64,000 nucleotides of DNA from IMG/VR virus record IMGVR_UViG_3300047564_002270, positions 64,001 to 128,000 of that record; one strand, written 5' to 3'. This DNA comes from a virus. How positions within the stretch are numbered: the stretch's first letter is position 1; each line of letters begins with the position of its first letter. A program made the position numbers and the translations under genes. Positions 1 through 8,348 of the stretch are shown here, in pieces. The notes beneath the pieces are model-generated. The model was given only the letters and a program-made list of their open reading frames with translations. It searched no databases and had not been told where the DNA came from.

Positions 1-1049
1 GGGCTATTCCTGTTGTAGTTGGTTCTAAAAAAGAAATAGAAACTACATTTAAATATGAAAAAAATCCTCCTTGGATTTTTGCAACTTCTTGGGAGGATGC
101 AGTTAAGACGTGTAAAGATTTATTGAATGATGAAGAAAAAATAATATCAATTAGAGCAGATATTTTATTATGGTGGCAAAATAGAATTAATGATATAAAA
201 AAGATAGTTGAAAAATGTCTGATAGAAAATTCAGTAAATAAATTAAAAAACTTTCCGAAAATATATTGCGTAAGTTTGGAAGAAAATTCTCTTCGAAGGA
301 ATATGTTATTAAGTGAATTTTCTAAATATGATATAGCAGAAATTAATTTTTTGTTATCTAAAAAATATCCAGATAATAATCATATAATAGAATCTGATTA
401 TTTGGATGATGATATAGTTAATTTGAGAGGTGCTGACTGCACGGCGTCTCACATCAATATGTTAAATAAATGGATAGAAGATACTGATGATGACTATGCA
501 TTCTTCTGTGAGGATGATTTAAGTTTAGAAACAGTTTCTTATTGGAATTTTACTTGGGACGAATTCTATAGTAAACTGCCAAAAGATTGGGAGTGTATTC
601 AGTTATTCATTATAAGTGATCATTTTAAAGTTGAGTCTCTTGAAATAGCACCAAGAATGTGGAATTTTTGGGGAGCAACTGCTTATCTTATGAAAAAAGA
701 TTATGCTAAAAAGATAGTTAATACTTATTATAAGAATAATAAATATGTTCTTAATCCCATAAACGAAACTCCAATACATTGTTATTGGAATCCTGATTGG
801 ATGTTTCCTGATCAATCAATTGTAAGTGTTGAGTGCTGTTTATTTCATCATAAACTTCCAATTGTAGAAAATATTCTTTTTACTGGGATTGGAAAAGTAT
901 ATAATTGTCCGATATTTATTGAAAATATTTCTATAGATTCTACTTTTGTTTCTGGGCATAAGTTTGGACATTTAGAATCTCATGAATCTATTTTGAATTC
1001 TTGGAGATTGCACAAACAAAATAAATTATCATTGCAGTTTATGGATTAA
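1..1049 (+). CDS. Multi-domain glycosyltransferase, 5'-truncated (probable exostosin/GT47-like tail followed by a GT25-like domain)
   Basis: Frame is open from position 3 (AIPVVVG...PPWIFATSWEDA...LLWWQ). It continues into IYCVSLEE..RR, CTASH, FFCEDD and WGATAYL motifs typical of GT25. Confidence 0.7.
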   Translation, partial: AIPVVVGSKKEIETTFKYEKNPPWIFATSWEDAVKTCKDLLNDEEKIISIRADILLWWQNRINDIKKIVEKCLIENSVNKLKNFPKIYCVSLEENSLRRNMLLSEFSKYDIAEINFLLSKKYPDNNHIIESDYLDDDIVNLRGADCTASHINMLNKWIEDTDDDYAFFCEDDLSLETVSYWNFTWDEFYSKLPKDWECIQLFIISDHFKVESLEIAPRMWNFWGATAYLMKKDYAKKIVNTYYKNNKYVLNPINETPIHCYWNPDWMFPDQSIVSVECCLFHHKLPIVENILFTGIGKVYNCPIFIENISIDSTFVSGHKFGHLESHESILNSWRLHKQNKLSLQFMD

Positions 1050-1067
1050 TTAAAGGAGAATATTTAA

Positions 1068-1307
1068 ATGAATTTTACAGTTTATTCGAAGCAAGGTTGC
1101 CCATATTGCGTAAAGATCAAACAAGTGCTAGAATTGGCAGGTCTTGATCACGTAGTTTACACTCTTGGAAGCGATTTTAATAGGGATCAATTTTACGAAC
1201 AGTTTGGTTTAGGTTCTACTTTTCCGCAAGTTGTTTTAAACGATCATGAAAATCTGGGCGGATGCTCTGATACAGTCCAATACTTACAGGAGAAAAAACT
1301 AGTTTAA
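1068..1307 (+). CDS. nrdC: Glutaredoxin (NrdC-like)
   Basis: CPYC active site, TFPQV and LGG motifs; AAGGAG RBS. Confidence 0.9.
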   Translation: MNFTVYSKQGCPYCVKIKQVLELAGLDHVVYTLGSDFNRDQFYEQFGLGSTFPQVVLNDHENLGGCSDTVQYLQEKKLV

Positions 1308-1666
1308 TGGAAACTAATTTTTACGAAGTTTATAATGACGTAGAAAAAGCAATCGATTTTGCTTTTCAGGGAAAATTTGTTTTGAAATTTTATGATTATT
1401 TAAAAATTCGTAAAACAAAAAGATGTGAAGTTGAGGGATTTATCAAAAGTTTCACCGCAAATGAAATCGATAGTCTTGTTAGAGATTTAGATGATTATAT
1501 TGAAGGTGGTTCAGATGAAATTCATAAACAACTTCGTGAAGGTTATGGGCATATCCCAAAACCGCAAGCAAGGAAAATTAGAAATTATTTGTCTAGTATT
1601 TTAGAAGATGCCTGGAAATATAATTATGATAAACGACCAGGAAGGCGCAAAAAGAAAACTAAATAA
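1307..1666 (+). CDS. Conserved cyanophage hypothetical protein
   Basis: 119-aa ORF coupled to the upstream gene (TAATG); basic C-terminus. Confidence 0.75.
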   Translation: METNFYEVYNDVEKAIDFAFQGKFVLKFYDYLKIRKTKRCEVEGFIKSFTANEIDSLVRDLDDYIEGGSDEIHKQLREGYGHIPKPQARKIRNYLSSILEDAWKYNYDKRPGRRKKKTK

Positions 1667-1700
1667 GTTAGATCCTCATATTAATCGGGGATTTGAATTG

Positions 1701-1838
1701 ATGTTAAGAACACATAATAGAAAGGAGAGGCCATCAAGACCAAAAACATTTCACATTCGTTTTGGTAAGATGTTATCTCTCTTTCGAAGAGAGATACATT
1801 TAAGTTTTGATTTTCATTTAGATATTACTAAGAAGTAA
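1701..1838 (+). CDS. Small hypothetical protein (start uncertain)
   Basis: Fills the gap after a CTAAATA late-promoter-like site (1660-1666); ATG at 1701 is in frame with track ORF 1608..1838. Confidence 0.45.
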   Translation: MLRTHNRKERPSRPKTFHIRFGKMLSLFRREIHLSFDFHLDITKK

Positions 1839-1854
1839 CTCTCGGAGAAAAACA

Positions 1855-2085
1855 ATGTTAGCAGTAGCTCTTACTCTAGGAACATTAATATCAATTATGT
1901 TTTTCTTTATGGGAGGCGTTTTGGGTTGGATGTTAAAGCAATATACATTTGAAAAAAATTATGTTGCATATACTCACCCAGAAATGTTTGATAATAATGG
2001 CAATTTAATACCCGATGAAATTTTAGCAGTAAGGTTTGAAAATGACTATGATAGCGACGACAACGAAGAAGAAGACGACGAATAG
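1855..2085 (+). CDS. Small membrane protein with acidic tail
   Basis: N-terminal hydrophobic helix, HPEMFD motif, GGAG RBS. Confidence 0.75.
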   Translation: MLAVALTLGTLISIMFFFMGGVLGWMLKQYTFEKNYVAYTHPEMFDNNGNLIPDEILAVRFENDYDSDDNEEEDDE

Positions 2086-2638
2086 TGCTCCTATTCCTAA
2101 ACTTCAACCCAATCCATTTCAGCACGAAATTTTAGAACTTGCTTCGAAGCAGAGAAGCAATACGAAAAAAATAGAAGTTCTCAAAGAATATCGTAATGAT
2201 GGTCTTGTGACTCTTTTCATCATGAATTACGATGAAAGTGTAATTAGTGCTCTTCCACCAGGTCCAGTTCCTTATGCTGGTGCTGAAGATCAGACTTCCC
2301 TTGGTGGAAATATGACTGACATGATTATGAGTAAGGCAAAAAATGAAGGTATGAAGAGTAATGGATATTACGGGACTGAAAGTTTTGCCGAGGATATGTT
2401 AAAGACTTCTATTCGTAATGAGTATAAGAACTTTTACATTTTTGTGAAAGGTGGGAGTAATTCAATGTCTCAGATGCGTAAGGAGAATATCTTTATTAAT
2501 ATGCTACAAGGACTTCATCCCCTTGAAGCAGAATTGATGTGCCTTGTAAAAGATAAGAAACTTACCGATAAATATAAAATATCTTTTGATGTTATAAAAG
2601 AAGCATATCCCGATATTGTTTGGGGAGGACGTTCGTGA
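2036..2638 (+). CDS. Conserved T4-like phage hypothetical protein (start may be 2042)
   Basis: 200-aa ORF with LPPG.VPY and FINMLQGLHPLEAEL motifs. Confidence 0.75.
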   Translation: MKMTMIATTTKKKTTNSAPIPKLQPNPFQHEILELASKQRSNTKKIEVLKEYRNDGLVTLFIMNYDESVISALPPGPVPYAGAEDQTSLGGNMTDMIMSKAKNEGMKSNGYYGTESFAEDMLKTSIRNEYKNFYIFVKGGSNSMSQMRKENIFINMLQGLHPLEAELMCLVKDKKLTDKYKISFDVIKEAYPDIVWGGRS

Positions 2639-2982
2639 GTAGACTTCGTGATGTAGTAAAAAAGGCGCAGGAGAATTCTATGGCTGATGAAAAACGAGAG
2701 AATGGAAATAATTCTGCGCAATATGGTTGTGATATTCTTCTCCAAAAAACAACTCTGGAGCAGGCAAAGGATAAAAGTTTTCCAAATGATGCATATTTAA
2801 TTTGGTATAACGTAGGTGAAGAACAATGCCTTGATCTAGTTAGAGGTTCTAGAGTTCGTATTTTTGATATGTATTATGATAAGTATGGTCCTGGTGCAGT
2901 TAAAAAAATTGACTGGGGATATGGAACAGTAAGCCCTAAGATGTGGGGATATAAAGAACCTGAGAAGAAGAAAAGACGATGA
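2635..2982 (+). CDS. Conserved cyanophage hypothetical protein
   Basis: GTG overlaps the upstream TGA, GGAGG RBS; FDMYYDKYG motif. Confidence 0.7.
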   Translation: MSRLRDVVKKAQENSMADEKRENGNNSAQYGCDILLQKTTLEQAKDKSFPNDAYLIWYNVGEEQCLDLVRGSRVRIFDMYYDKYGPGAVKKIDWGYGTVSPKMWGYKEPEKKKRR

Positions 2983-3173
2983 GTAATGGTTTTGGAAGTG
3001 AAAAAGTAAAAGTTTCTTTAAGTGAAGCAGAACTAAATAAACTGATTAAAAAATATAAAGGTCTTCGTAAATATATGAAATCCCCACTTTACCAAGTTAA
3101 GGTAATGGATGGAACTGAAACTGTAGTTTCGGAACTCATGGATGAATATAACCAAGACCCCATAGATTTGTAG
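2979..3173 (+). CDS. Hypothetical protein
   Basis: 64-aa ORF with ATGA overlap. Confidence 0.65.
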   Translation: MSNGFGSEKVKVSLSEAELNKLIKKYKGLRKYMKSPLYQVKVMDGTETVVSELMDEYNQDPIDL

Positions 3174-3184
3174 GAAAAAAATTG

Positions 3185-3511
3185 ATGGGAAAGCATTATC
3201 TACTTAACTTGTATGGATGCTCGTTTGTCCTTTTGGACGACGAGCGTTGTCTTATAGACTTACTAGAAAACGCGGCGGCTGCTAGTGGCGCTACGGTAAT
3301 TCAAACTATTTCAAAAAAGTTTGAACCACAAGGAGTTACAGTTTTATGTCTTTTATCTGAAAGTCATATTAGTATTCATACTTGGCCTGAGGATGGTAAA
3401 GCGGCAGTGGATGTCTATACTTGCGGAGATTGCAATCCAAAGATTGGTTGTGATATAATTATTCAGCAGTTATATGCTACTAGTCATACGTTAAGTTATA
3501 TTGAACGGTAG
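3185..3511 (+). CDS. speD: S-adenosylmethionine decarboxylase proenzyme
   Basis: MGKH, FEPQGVT, LSESHISIHTWPE (pyruvoyl cleavage site) and DVYTCG motifs. Confidence 0.95.
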   Translation: MGKHYLLNLYGCSFVLLDDERCLIDLLENAAAASGATVIQTISKKFEPQGVTVLCLLSESHISIHTWPEDGKAAVDVYTCGDCNPKIGCDIIIQQLYATSHTLSYIER

Positions 3512-3546
3512 TCTTTTATACAAAACTTTCCGGTAAATATTAATAA

Positions 3547-3641
3547 CGTTCATCCCTATGGGACGGAAGTAAGCCGACGCGGAACGGATCGTTCATTCGC
3601 TATTCGCAAATAGCGAACGCAAACGCCGACTGAAGGAACGC
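3547..3641 (+). ncRNA. Tandem glutamine riboswitch (glnA RNA motif-like)
   Basis: Two CGTTCA...GGAACG units (3547-3586, 3590-3640), each with a P2 hairpin (TCCC-TAT-GGGA; TTCGCTATT-CGCA-AATAGCGAA). GGAAGTAAG and CTGAAGGAACGC consensus blocks are present, and a YRG-motif peptide follows. Confidence 0.85.
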
Positions 3642-3671
3642 TCTTTAGCCTCAAAATTAAGGAGAACCCTA

Positions 3672-3836
3672 ATGTCAAAAGTTGTATATCGTGGTGTTGA
3701 ATACGATACCACAAATCGTCCAAATCAAAAATTTAAAATTGAACCTCACGTAGAAATCTATCGCGGATCAATGTTTTATGTTGATGAAAATGGAAACAAA
3801 CTCCATATGGAAAAATCCAAAGGAGGTGTGAAATGA
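3672..3836 (+). CDS. DUF4278-like small protein (54 aa; not in the ORF track)
   Basis: MSKVVYRGVEYDT...IYRGS has two YRG motifs; AAGGAG RBS; lies directly after the riboswitch. Confidence 0.85.
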   Translation: MSKVVYRGVEYDTTNRPNQKFKIEPHVEIYRGSMFYVDENGNKLHMEKSKGGVK

Positions 3837-3934
3837 ATACCTACTTTGTTAGTTACCTAAAGAAAAAAGCAAAGAAGGAAAAACTTCTTAAAGATGCACA
3901 ATTAAATATGGCAAAGCAACCACAAGTTGCATAA
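3833..3934 (+). CDS. Small basic protein, 33 aa (MNTYFVSYLKKKAKKEKLLKDAQLNMAKQPQVA)
   Basis: AGGAGG RBS, ATGA overlap, ends just before a terminator. Confidence 0.7.
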   Translation: MNTYFVSYLKKKAKKEKLLKDAQLNMAKQPQVA

Positions 3935-3940
3935 ATTACT

Positions 3941-3966
3941 GGAGGATTGACAATCCTCCTTTTTTT
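3941..3966 (+). terminator. Intrinsic terminator
   Basis: GGAGGATTG-A-CAATCCTCC inverted repeat followed by a T run. Confidence 0.85.
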
Positions 3967-3975
3967 ATGTAAAAT
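3947..3975 (+). promoter_or_regulatory. Sigma70-type promoter overlapping the terminator
   Basis: TTGACA-17 nt-TAAAAT. Confidence 0.7.
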
Positions 3976-3995
3976 CAAAGAAAACTAATTCGCCA

Positions 3996-4175
3996 ATGAA
4001 TGTTGAAAAAGTTAAATTAATTATCAAGAATATGGAATTATTAGTTCAAGCTCTTCAATTGGAAATTGAAGAAGCAGAAAAGAAACCTAATAATGTCATT
4101 AAATTAGATGAGTTGTTCGGCAATCGCCAAGATAATTTGAGTGATTATGAACCAGACTATTACGAGGAACCATAA
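3996..4175 (+). CDS. Hypothetical protein, 59 aa (not in the ORF track)
   Basis: MNVEKVKLIIKNMELLV...YYEEP; TAATG coupling to the next gene. Confidence 0.7.
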   Translation: MNVEKVKLIIKNMELLVQALQLEIEEAEKKPNNVIKLDELFGNRQDNLSDYEPDYYEEP

Positions 4176-4366
4176 TGTATGAAGATTTAACCGCTTTTGA
4201 AAGAGCACTTGCTAGATTTGGGGATAAGGTCCAATATGTAATTGGACTTGAGATTACCAATAGAATGAGTCCTGAGACTGCATATCAGGAAATTAAAGAG
4301 ATGATGAAGGAACTTAAAAAACTTCGTAAAAAAGAAAAAGAAACTTGGGAGATTGAAACTGAATGA
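4175..4366 (+). CDS. Hypothetical protein
   Basis: 63-aa ORF coupled at both ends; GAGG RBS. Confidence 0.75.
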   Translation: MYEDLTAFERALARFGDKVQYVIGLEITNRMSPETAYQEIKEMMKELKKLRKKEKETWEIETE

Positions 4367-5115
4367 AACCTATTAAAGCAAAGGATCTACTAGAACTTGA
4401 CAAGCATCTTGAAGTGGTTAAACTTCAGGGGTATCCCATTCCAGAACAAGTCATTTGGCAGGCAGGAAAGGGTGACTATTCTGAGGTTCCGATTCATAAG
4501 GTTCAAGTTCCTAATAATCATGAATGTGGTGAATGGATTGTTGAGCAACTACTTGCGAATGACAGAGGTCACTGGGGTCCGATTGAACATCCTGGAATTA
4601 CTTTTTCTTGTTCCGGATTTGTTCATAACGTAATTGTTCAGGCAAGAACTCACCGTATTGGAACAAGTTGGGATGTTCAATCTCAGAGATATACTGGAAA
4701 GCGTGTCGTTAAAGTTGCCAAGAAAGAACTTGATATTGAAGAGGTCTTCTACGTGCGTCCTGAGGGGTTCTACACCAACCGTAAGGGTAAGAAGTATGAA
4801 TGGACTCAACAGCACCGCCAACGCAAACTAGGGCGCATTCTGAGTGAGTGTGAGGAGTATTATGAGTATTATGAACAGGGAATGTGTGAAGAACATATTC
4901 GTGATTACCTTCCTCAGGCAATTCGTCAGAACTTTGTAGTTTCATTCAATCTTAGATCTGTTCTTCACTTTATGGATCTTCGCTCAAAATTAGATGCTCA
5001 ACTTGAAATTCAAGCATTGTGTGATGCAATTGCTCCACATCTGAAACTATGGGCACCAAATGTTTGGACATATTATGAAGAAAAGAGACTACATAAAGCA
5101 AGACTTTCTCCCTGA
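4363..5115 (+). CDS. thyX: FAD-dependent thymidylate synthase
   Basis: GHWGPIEH, QARTHRIGTSWDVQSQRY, FNLRSVLHF and AQLEI motifs. Confidence 0.95.
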   Translation: MKPIKAKDLLELDKHLEVVKLQGYPIPEQVIWQAGKGDYSEVPIHKVQVPNNHECGEWIVEQLLANDRGHWGPIEHPGITFSCSGFVHNVIVQARTHRIGTSWDVQSQRYTGKRVVKVAKKELDIEEVFYVRPEGFYTNRKGKKYEWTQQHRQRKLGRILSECEEYYEYYEQGMCEEHIRDYLPQAIRQNFVVSFNLRSVLHFMDLRSKLDAQLEIQALCDAIAPHLKLWAPNVWTYYEEKRLHKARLSP

Positions 5116-5120
5116 TTCAT

Positions 5121-5279
5121 ATGAAAACATGGTGCATTAAAGATCATCTTACAGGACATGTATTTAAAACTCTTATGACTGAAGAAGAGTTTCAACAATT
5201 CCTCAAAGAAAATCCAGACTTTGATGAGTGCGTTGATTGTATAGAATGTGACGATGCACCGTCAATTTGTATTGAATAA
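5121..5279 (+). CDS. Small Cys-rich hypothetical protein, 52 aa (not in the ORF track)
   Basis: MKTWCIKDHLTG...ENPDFDECVDCIECDDAPSICIE fills the intergenic gap. Confidence 0.65.
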   Translation: MKTWCIKDHLTGHVFKTLMTEEEFQQFLKENPDFDECVDCIECDDAPSICIE

Positions 5280-5307
5280 ATAAATTCACATAATATGGAG
5301 TTTTAAA

Positions 5308-5553
5308 TTGGCAACATATCCCGTTATTAATAAGACCACAGGTGAACAAAAAGAAGTTAATATGAGTGTTCACGATTGGGATCAGTGGAAAAAAGATAAT
5401 CCAGATTGGGATAGAGATTGGTCTGACCCTTCAACTTGCCCTTCCTCCGGCGAGGTAGGAGATTGGAGAGATAAGCATATCAATAAAAATCCCGGATGGG
5501 GAGAGGTTCTCAAAAAAGCATCAAAAGCAGGCGCTAGTAAATCACAAATTTAA
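5308..5553 (+). CDS. Conserved T4-like phage hypothetical protein (TTG start)
   Basis: ATYPVINKTTGEQKE...DNPDW; GGAG RBS; directly upstream of phoH. Confidence 0.8.
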   Translation: MATYPVINKTTGEQKEVNMSVHDWDQWKKDNPDWDRDWSDPSTCPSSGEVGDWRDKHINKNPGWGEVLKKASKAGASKSQI

Positions 5554-5562
5554 TTCACCAAT

Positions 5563-6330
5563 ATGGCAAGAAGAAGAAAGAGCAGTGGCGACATTCAACC
5601 CATTGGTATTGGGATGACCAATGCTAGGGCAATGCGTAAAAGAAAAAACCAGATTAATATTGAAAATCTTTTAGAGATTGATCCTTTAACAGATAATCAG
5701 ACAAAATTATTCGACTCCTTCGATACGGGGAAAAATATTGTCGCTTACGGTGCAGCAGGAACTGGTAAAACTTTTATCACCCTATACAAGGCACTTTGTG
5801 ATGTTCTTAATGAAAGAACTCCTTATGATAAAATTTATATCGTAAGATCTCTTGTTGCTACTCGTGAGATTGGATTTCTTCCAGGAGATCACGAAGATAA
5901 GTCATCGCTTTATCAAATTCCATATAAGAATATGGTGAAGTTTATGTTTCAGATGCCAGATGATGCGGCATTCGAAATGCTTTATGGTGGTCTAAAAACA
6001 CAAGGAACAATCAGTTTTTGGTCAACTTCTTTTATTAGAGGAACAACTCTGGATAATGCAATCATTATCGTTGATGAATTCCAGAACTTGAATTTCCACG
6101 AATTGGATTCTATTATTACTCGTGTTGGACAAGATTCTAAAATTATGTTCTGTGGTGATGCAACTCAATCAGATCTCTTGAAAACAAACGAAAAGAATGG
6201 TATTATTGATTTTATGAAGATCTTAAGAATTATGCCTTCTTTTGATGTTATTGAGTTTGGTGCAGAAGATATCGTTCGTTCTGGTCTATGTAAAGAGTAT
6301 ATTCTTGCTAAAATGGAATTAGGATTGTAA
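5563..6330 (+). CDS. phoH: PhoH-like ATPase
   Basis: GAAGTGKT Walker A, IGFLPG, RGTTLD, IVDEFQN, GDATQSD and DIVRSG motifs. Confidence 0.95.
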   Translation: MARRRKSSGDIQPIGIGMTNARAMRKRKNQINIENLLEIDPLTDNQTKLFDSFDTGKNIVAYGAAGTGKTFITLYKALCDVLNERTPYDKIYIVRSLVATREIGFLPGDHEDKSSLYQIPYKNMVKFMFQMPDDAAFEMLYGGLKTQGTISFWSTSFIRGTTLDNAIIIVDEFQNLNFHELDSIITRVGQDSKIMFCGDATQSDLLKTNEKNGIIDFMKILRIMPSFDVIEFGAEDIVRSGLCKEYILAKMELGL

Positions 6331-7001
6331 TGTTTAATCATATTGAATTGGATCTTCCGACATTAGATCGGGAATTAATTGATGGAGTTCGTTATTACAA
6401 ATTACCAAACGGATCTAAAAAGTTAGTATCTATTACGTCAGTCACAAGCAATTTCAAAAAAGAATTCTTTGAGTCCTGGCGTAAAAAGGTTGGCGAAGTA
6501 GAAGCAAATCGAATTACTAAAAAGGCAACGAGTAGAGGAACTGATGCTCATACATTAATTGAGTATCATCTTAAAAATCTGAAATGCACTTCTGATGTTC
6601 TTCCTATATCAGAAATGTTATTTCAGATTTCTATTCCTACTCTAAGACGTATAAATAATATTCACGCATTGGAAGGTTCTCTTTATAGTGAATTTTTAGG
6701 TATTGCAGGAACAGTTGACTGTATTGCAGAATTTGATGGAGAACTTGCGATAATTGATTTTAAAACCTCAGCAAAACCAAAACCAAGAGATTGGATTGAA
6801 GGATACTTTGTCCAATGTTGTGCATATGCTTGTATGCTTCACGAATTAACTGGATTGTCAGTTAAAAAATTTGTGATCATTATGGCGTGTGAAAATGGTG
6901 AATGTGTTGTTTATGAGGAATATGATAAGACGAAATACATAAAACTTCTTGTCAAATACATTAAAAAGTTTGTTAATGACAAACTTCAACAAATTTCTTG
7001 A
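6330..7001 (+). CDS. PD-(D/E)XK exonuclease
   Basis: SITSV, RGT..H, AGTVDCIA, IIDFKTS and QCCAYA motifs. Confidence 0.9.
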   Translation: MFNHIELDLPTLDRELIDGVRYYKLPNGSKKLVSITSVTSNFKKEFFESWRKKVGEVEANRITKKATSRGTDAHTLIEYHLKNLKCTSDVLPISEMLFQISIPTLRRINNIHALEGSLYSEFLGIAGTVDCIAEFDGELAIIDFKTSAKPKPRDWIEGYFVQCCAYACMLHELTGLSVKKFVIIMACENGECVVYEEYDKTKYIKLLVKYIKKFVNDKLQQIS

Positions 7002-7026
7002 CTTTCTTTAATCAAAGAACTATAAT
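6998..7026 (+). promoter_or_regulatory. Sigma70-type promoter
   Basis: TTGACT-17 nt-TATAAT; spacer is an inverted repeat (TTCTTT-AATC-AAAGAA). Confidence 0.75.
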
Positions 7027-7076
7027 ATTGCAATCGTTTATGAGTTAAAAAATTGTCACCTACAATCTTAGAGTTA

Positions 7077-7346
7077 ATGGAGAACACAATCGAAAAAGAG
7101 TTTGAAAAAGTTTTAGAAGAAAAATTTTATTGCCCCACTAAATTTGCTCAAGAAGTAGAAAAAATAGTCCAAGAAAATCCCGATGTCAATTATATTGATG
7201 CTGTGATTATTTTTTGTGAAAGGAATAAGATAGATTTAGAGTCAGTTCCTAAACTTCTTTCAAAACCATTGAAAGAAAAAATTAAGTTTCAAGCAATGGA
7301 ACTCAACTTTTTGAAAAAAACTTCACGAGCACGTTTAGTATTTTGA
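7077..7346 (+). CDS. gp33: Late-promoter transcription co-activator gp33
   Basis: FAQEVE, YIDAV, SKPLKEKI and ELNFLK motifs; 33-59-32 synteny. Confidence 0.88.
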   Translation: MENTIEKEFEKVLEEKFYCPTKFAQEVEKIVQENPDVNYIDAVIIFCERNKIDLESVPKLLSKPLKEKIKFQAMELNFLKKTSRARLVF

Positions 7347-7939
7347 AATTGGATCCTCTAAATTGTTATAAAACATATCTTGCTCTCAAAAATCATTTCA
7401 CAAAACCAAATTACGATTATCAAAAATATTGCGGAAAAGTAAAAGCATCCCTTCAAGCTTTCTATAAGCGTAAAGATAGGATGTGGTTTGAAAAAATGAG
7501 TCGACAAAAAACTGACGAAGAGATTATTAATTTTTTTGTTGCCAATTTTGTTTGTTGTGATGATCCACAGTCTCTTTGGATTGGTGAAATTATAAGAGAT
7601 GGTGAAACTAGATATAAGAATTGGAAAAAAAGAACCGAGTCGATTTCTTATTTCTTTAAAGAGGAAATCGATACGGTTTTTACGTCTAAGAATTTTGAGA
7701 ATATGTTTATGATCGATGGTAATAAACATCCTCAACTGTTAAAGGAACATCTTCAAGGGAAGATTTCTCTTGAGACTATGGTTATCTTGAACAACATTCT
7801 TAACTATAAAACAGACTTCGATAAAAAACTTCAAGATCCTGTATGGGAATTCGTTTCCCTAAGGATTTTAAAATATTCTTCCTTCCTACATACAGATATA
7901 TTTAAGTGTAAAAAAATGTTAAAGGAGTGTGTATTATGA
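7343..7939 (+). CDS. gp59: Helicase loader gp59
   Basis: YLALKNHFT..YDY.KY.GK, FYKRKD and ISLET motifs; synteny. Confidence 0.9.
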   Translation: MKLDPLNCYKTYLALKNHFTKPNYDYQKYCGKVKASLQAFYKRKDRMWFEKMSRQKTDEEIINFFVANFVCCDDPQSLWIGEIIRDGETRYKNWKKRTESISYFFKEEIDTVFTSKNFENMFMIDGNKHPQLLKEHLQGKISLETMVILNNILNYKTDFDKKLQDPVWEFVSLRILKYSSFLHTDIFKCKKMLKECVL

Positions 7940-8277
7940 GTTTCTTTGACTCTGAAGTTGTGAGAGCAGAGATGTCCGAGATCTCTGAACTCCAGGAAGA
8001 GATCTACAAGAATGTTTTTAACTTCTTTAAAATGAGCAATAAAGATAAAATAGAGCACGTTAATCTTTTACAAAAACTTCTTCAAAAACAACAAATTCTT
8101 TATACTCGTTTAAGTCTTTCTGATGATCCAGAGGCAAAGGAGATGAAAGAACGTGTTATGGAATCTGCTACTATGATGGGTCTTCCCAAAGGAACTGACA
8201 TTAATATTATCTTTAAGAATATGGAAGCTCTTATTGATATGATGAAAGGACGTATTGACGCCGAGGGCAATCCCTGA
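7936..8277 (+). CDS. DUF1825-like helical protein
   Basis: MSFFDSEVVRAE...RLSLSDDPEA; AAGGAG RBS. Confidence 0.8.
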   Translation: MSFFDSEVVRAEMSEISELQEEIYKNVFNFFKMSNKDKIEHVNLLQKLLQKQQILYTRLSLSDDPEAKEMKERVMESATMMGLPKGTDINIIFKNMEALIDMMKGRIDAEGNP

Positions 8278-8283
8278 TATACT
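8255..8283 (+). promoter_or_regulatory. Sigma70-type promoter of gene 32
   Basis: TTGACG-17 nt-TATACT. Confidence 0.7.
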
Positions 8284-8348
8284 AAGGGCAAGCGGCTGGG
8301 GGATCCGCACCAAAGTTAACCCACACAAGCCAAATACGGAGCATACAA

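Noticed and set aside
6330-7001. Cas4 / CRISPR association of the exonuclease
   Set aside because: No four-Cys Fe-S pattern of Cas4 is evident, and it sits in the usual phoH-exo-33-59-32 core block.
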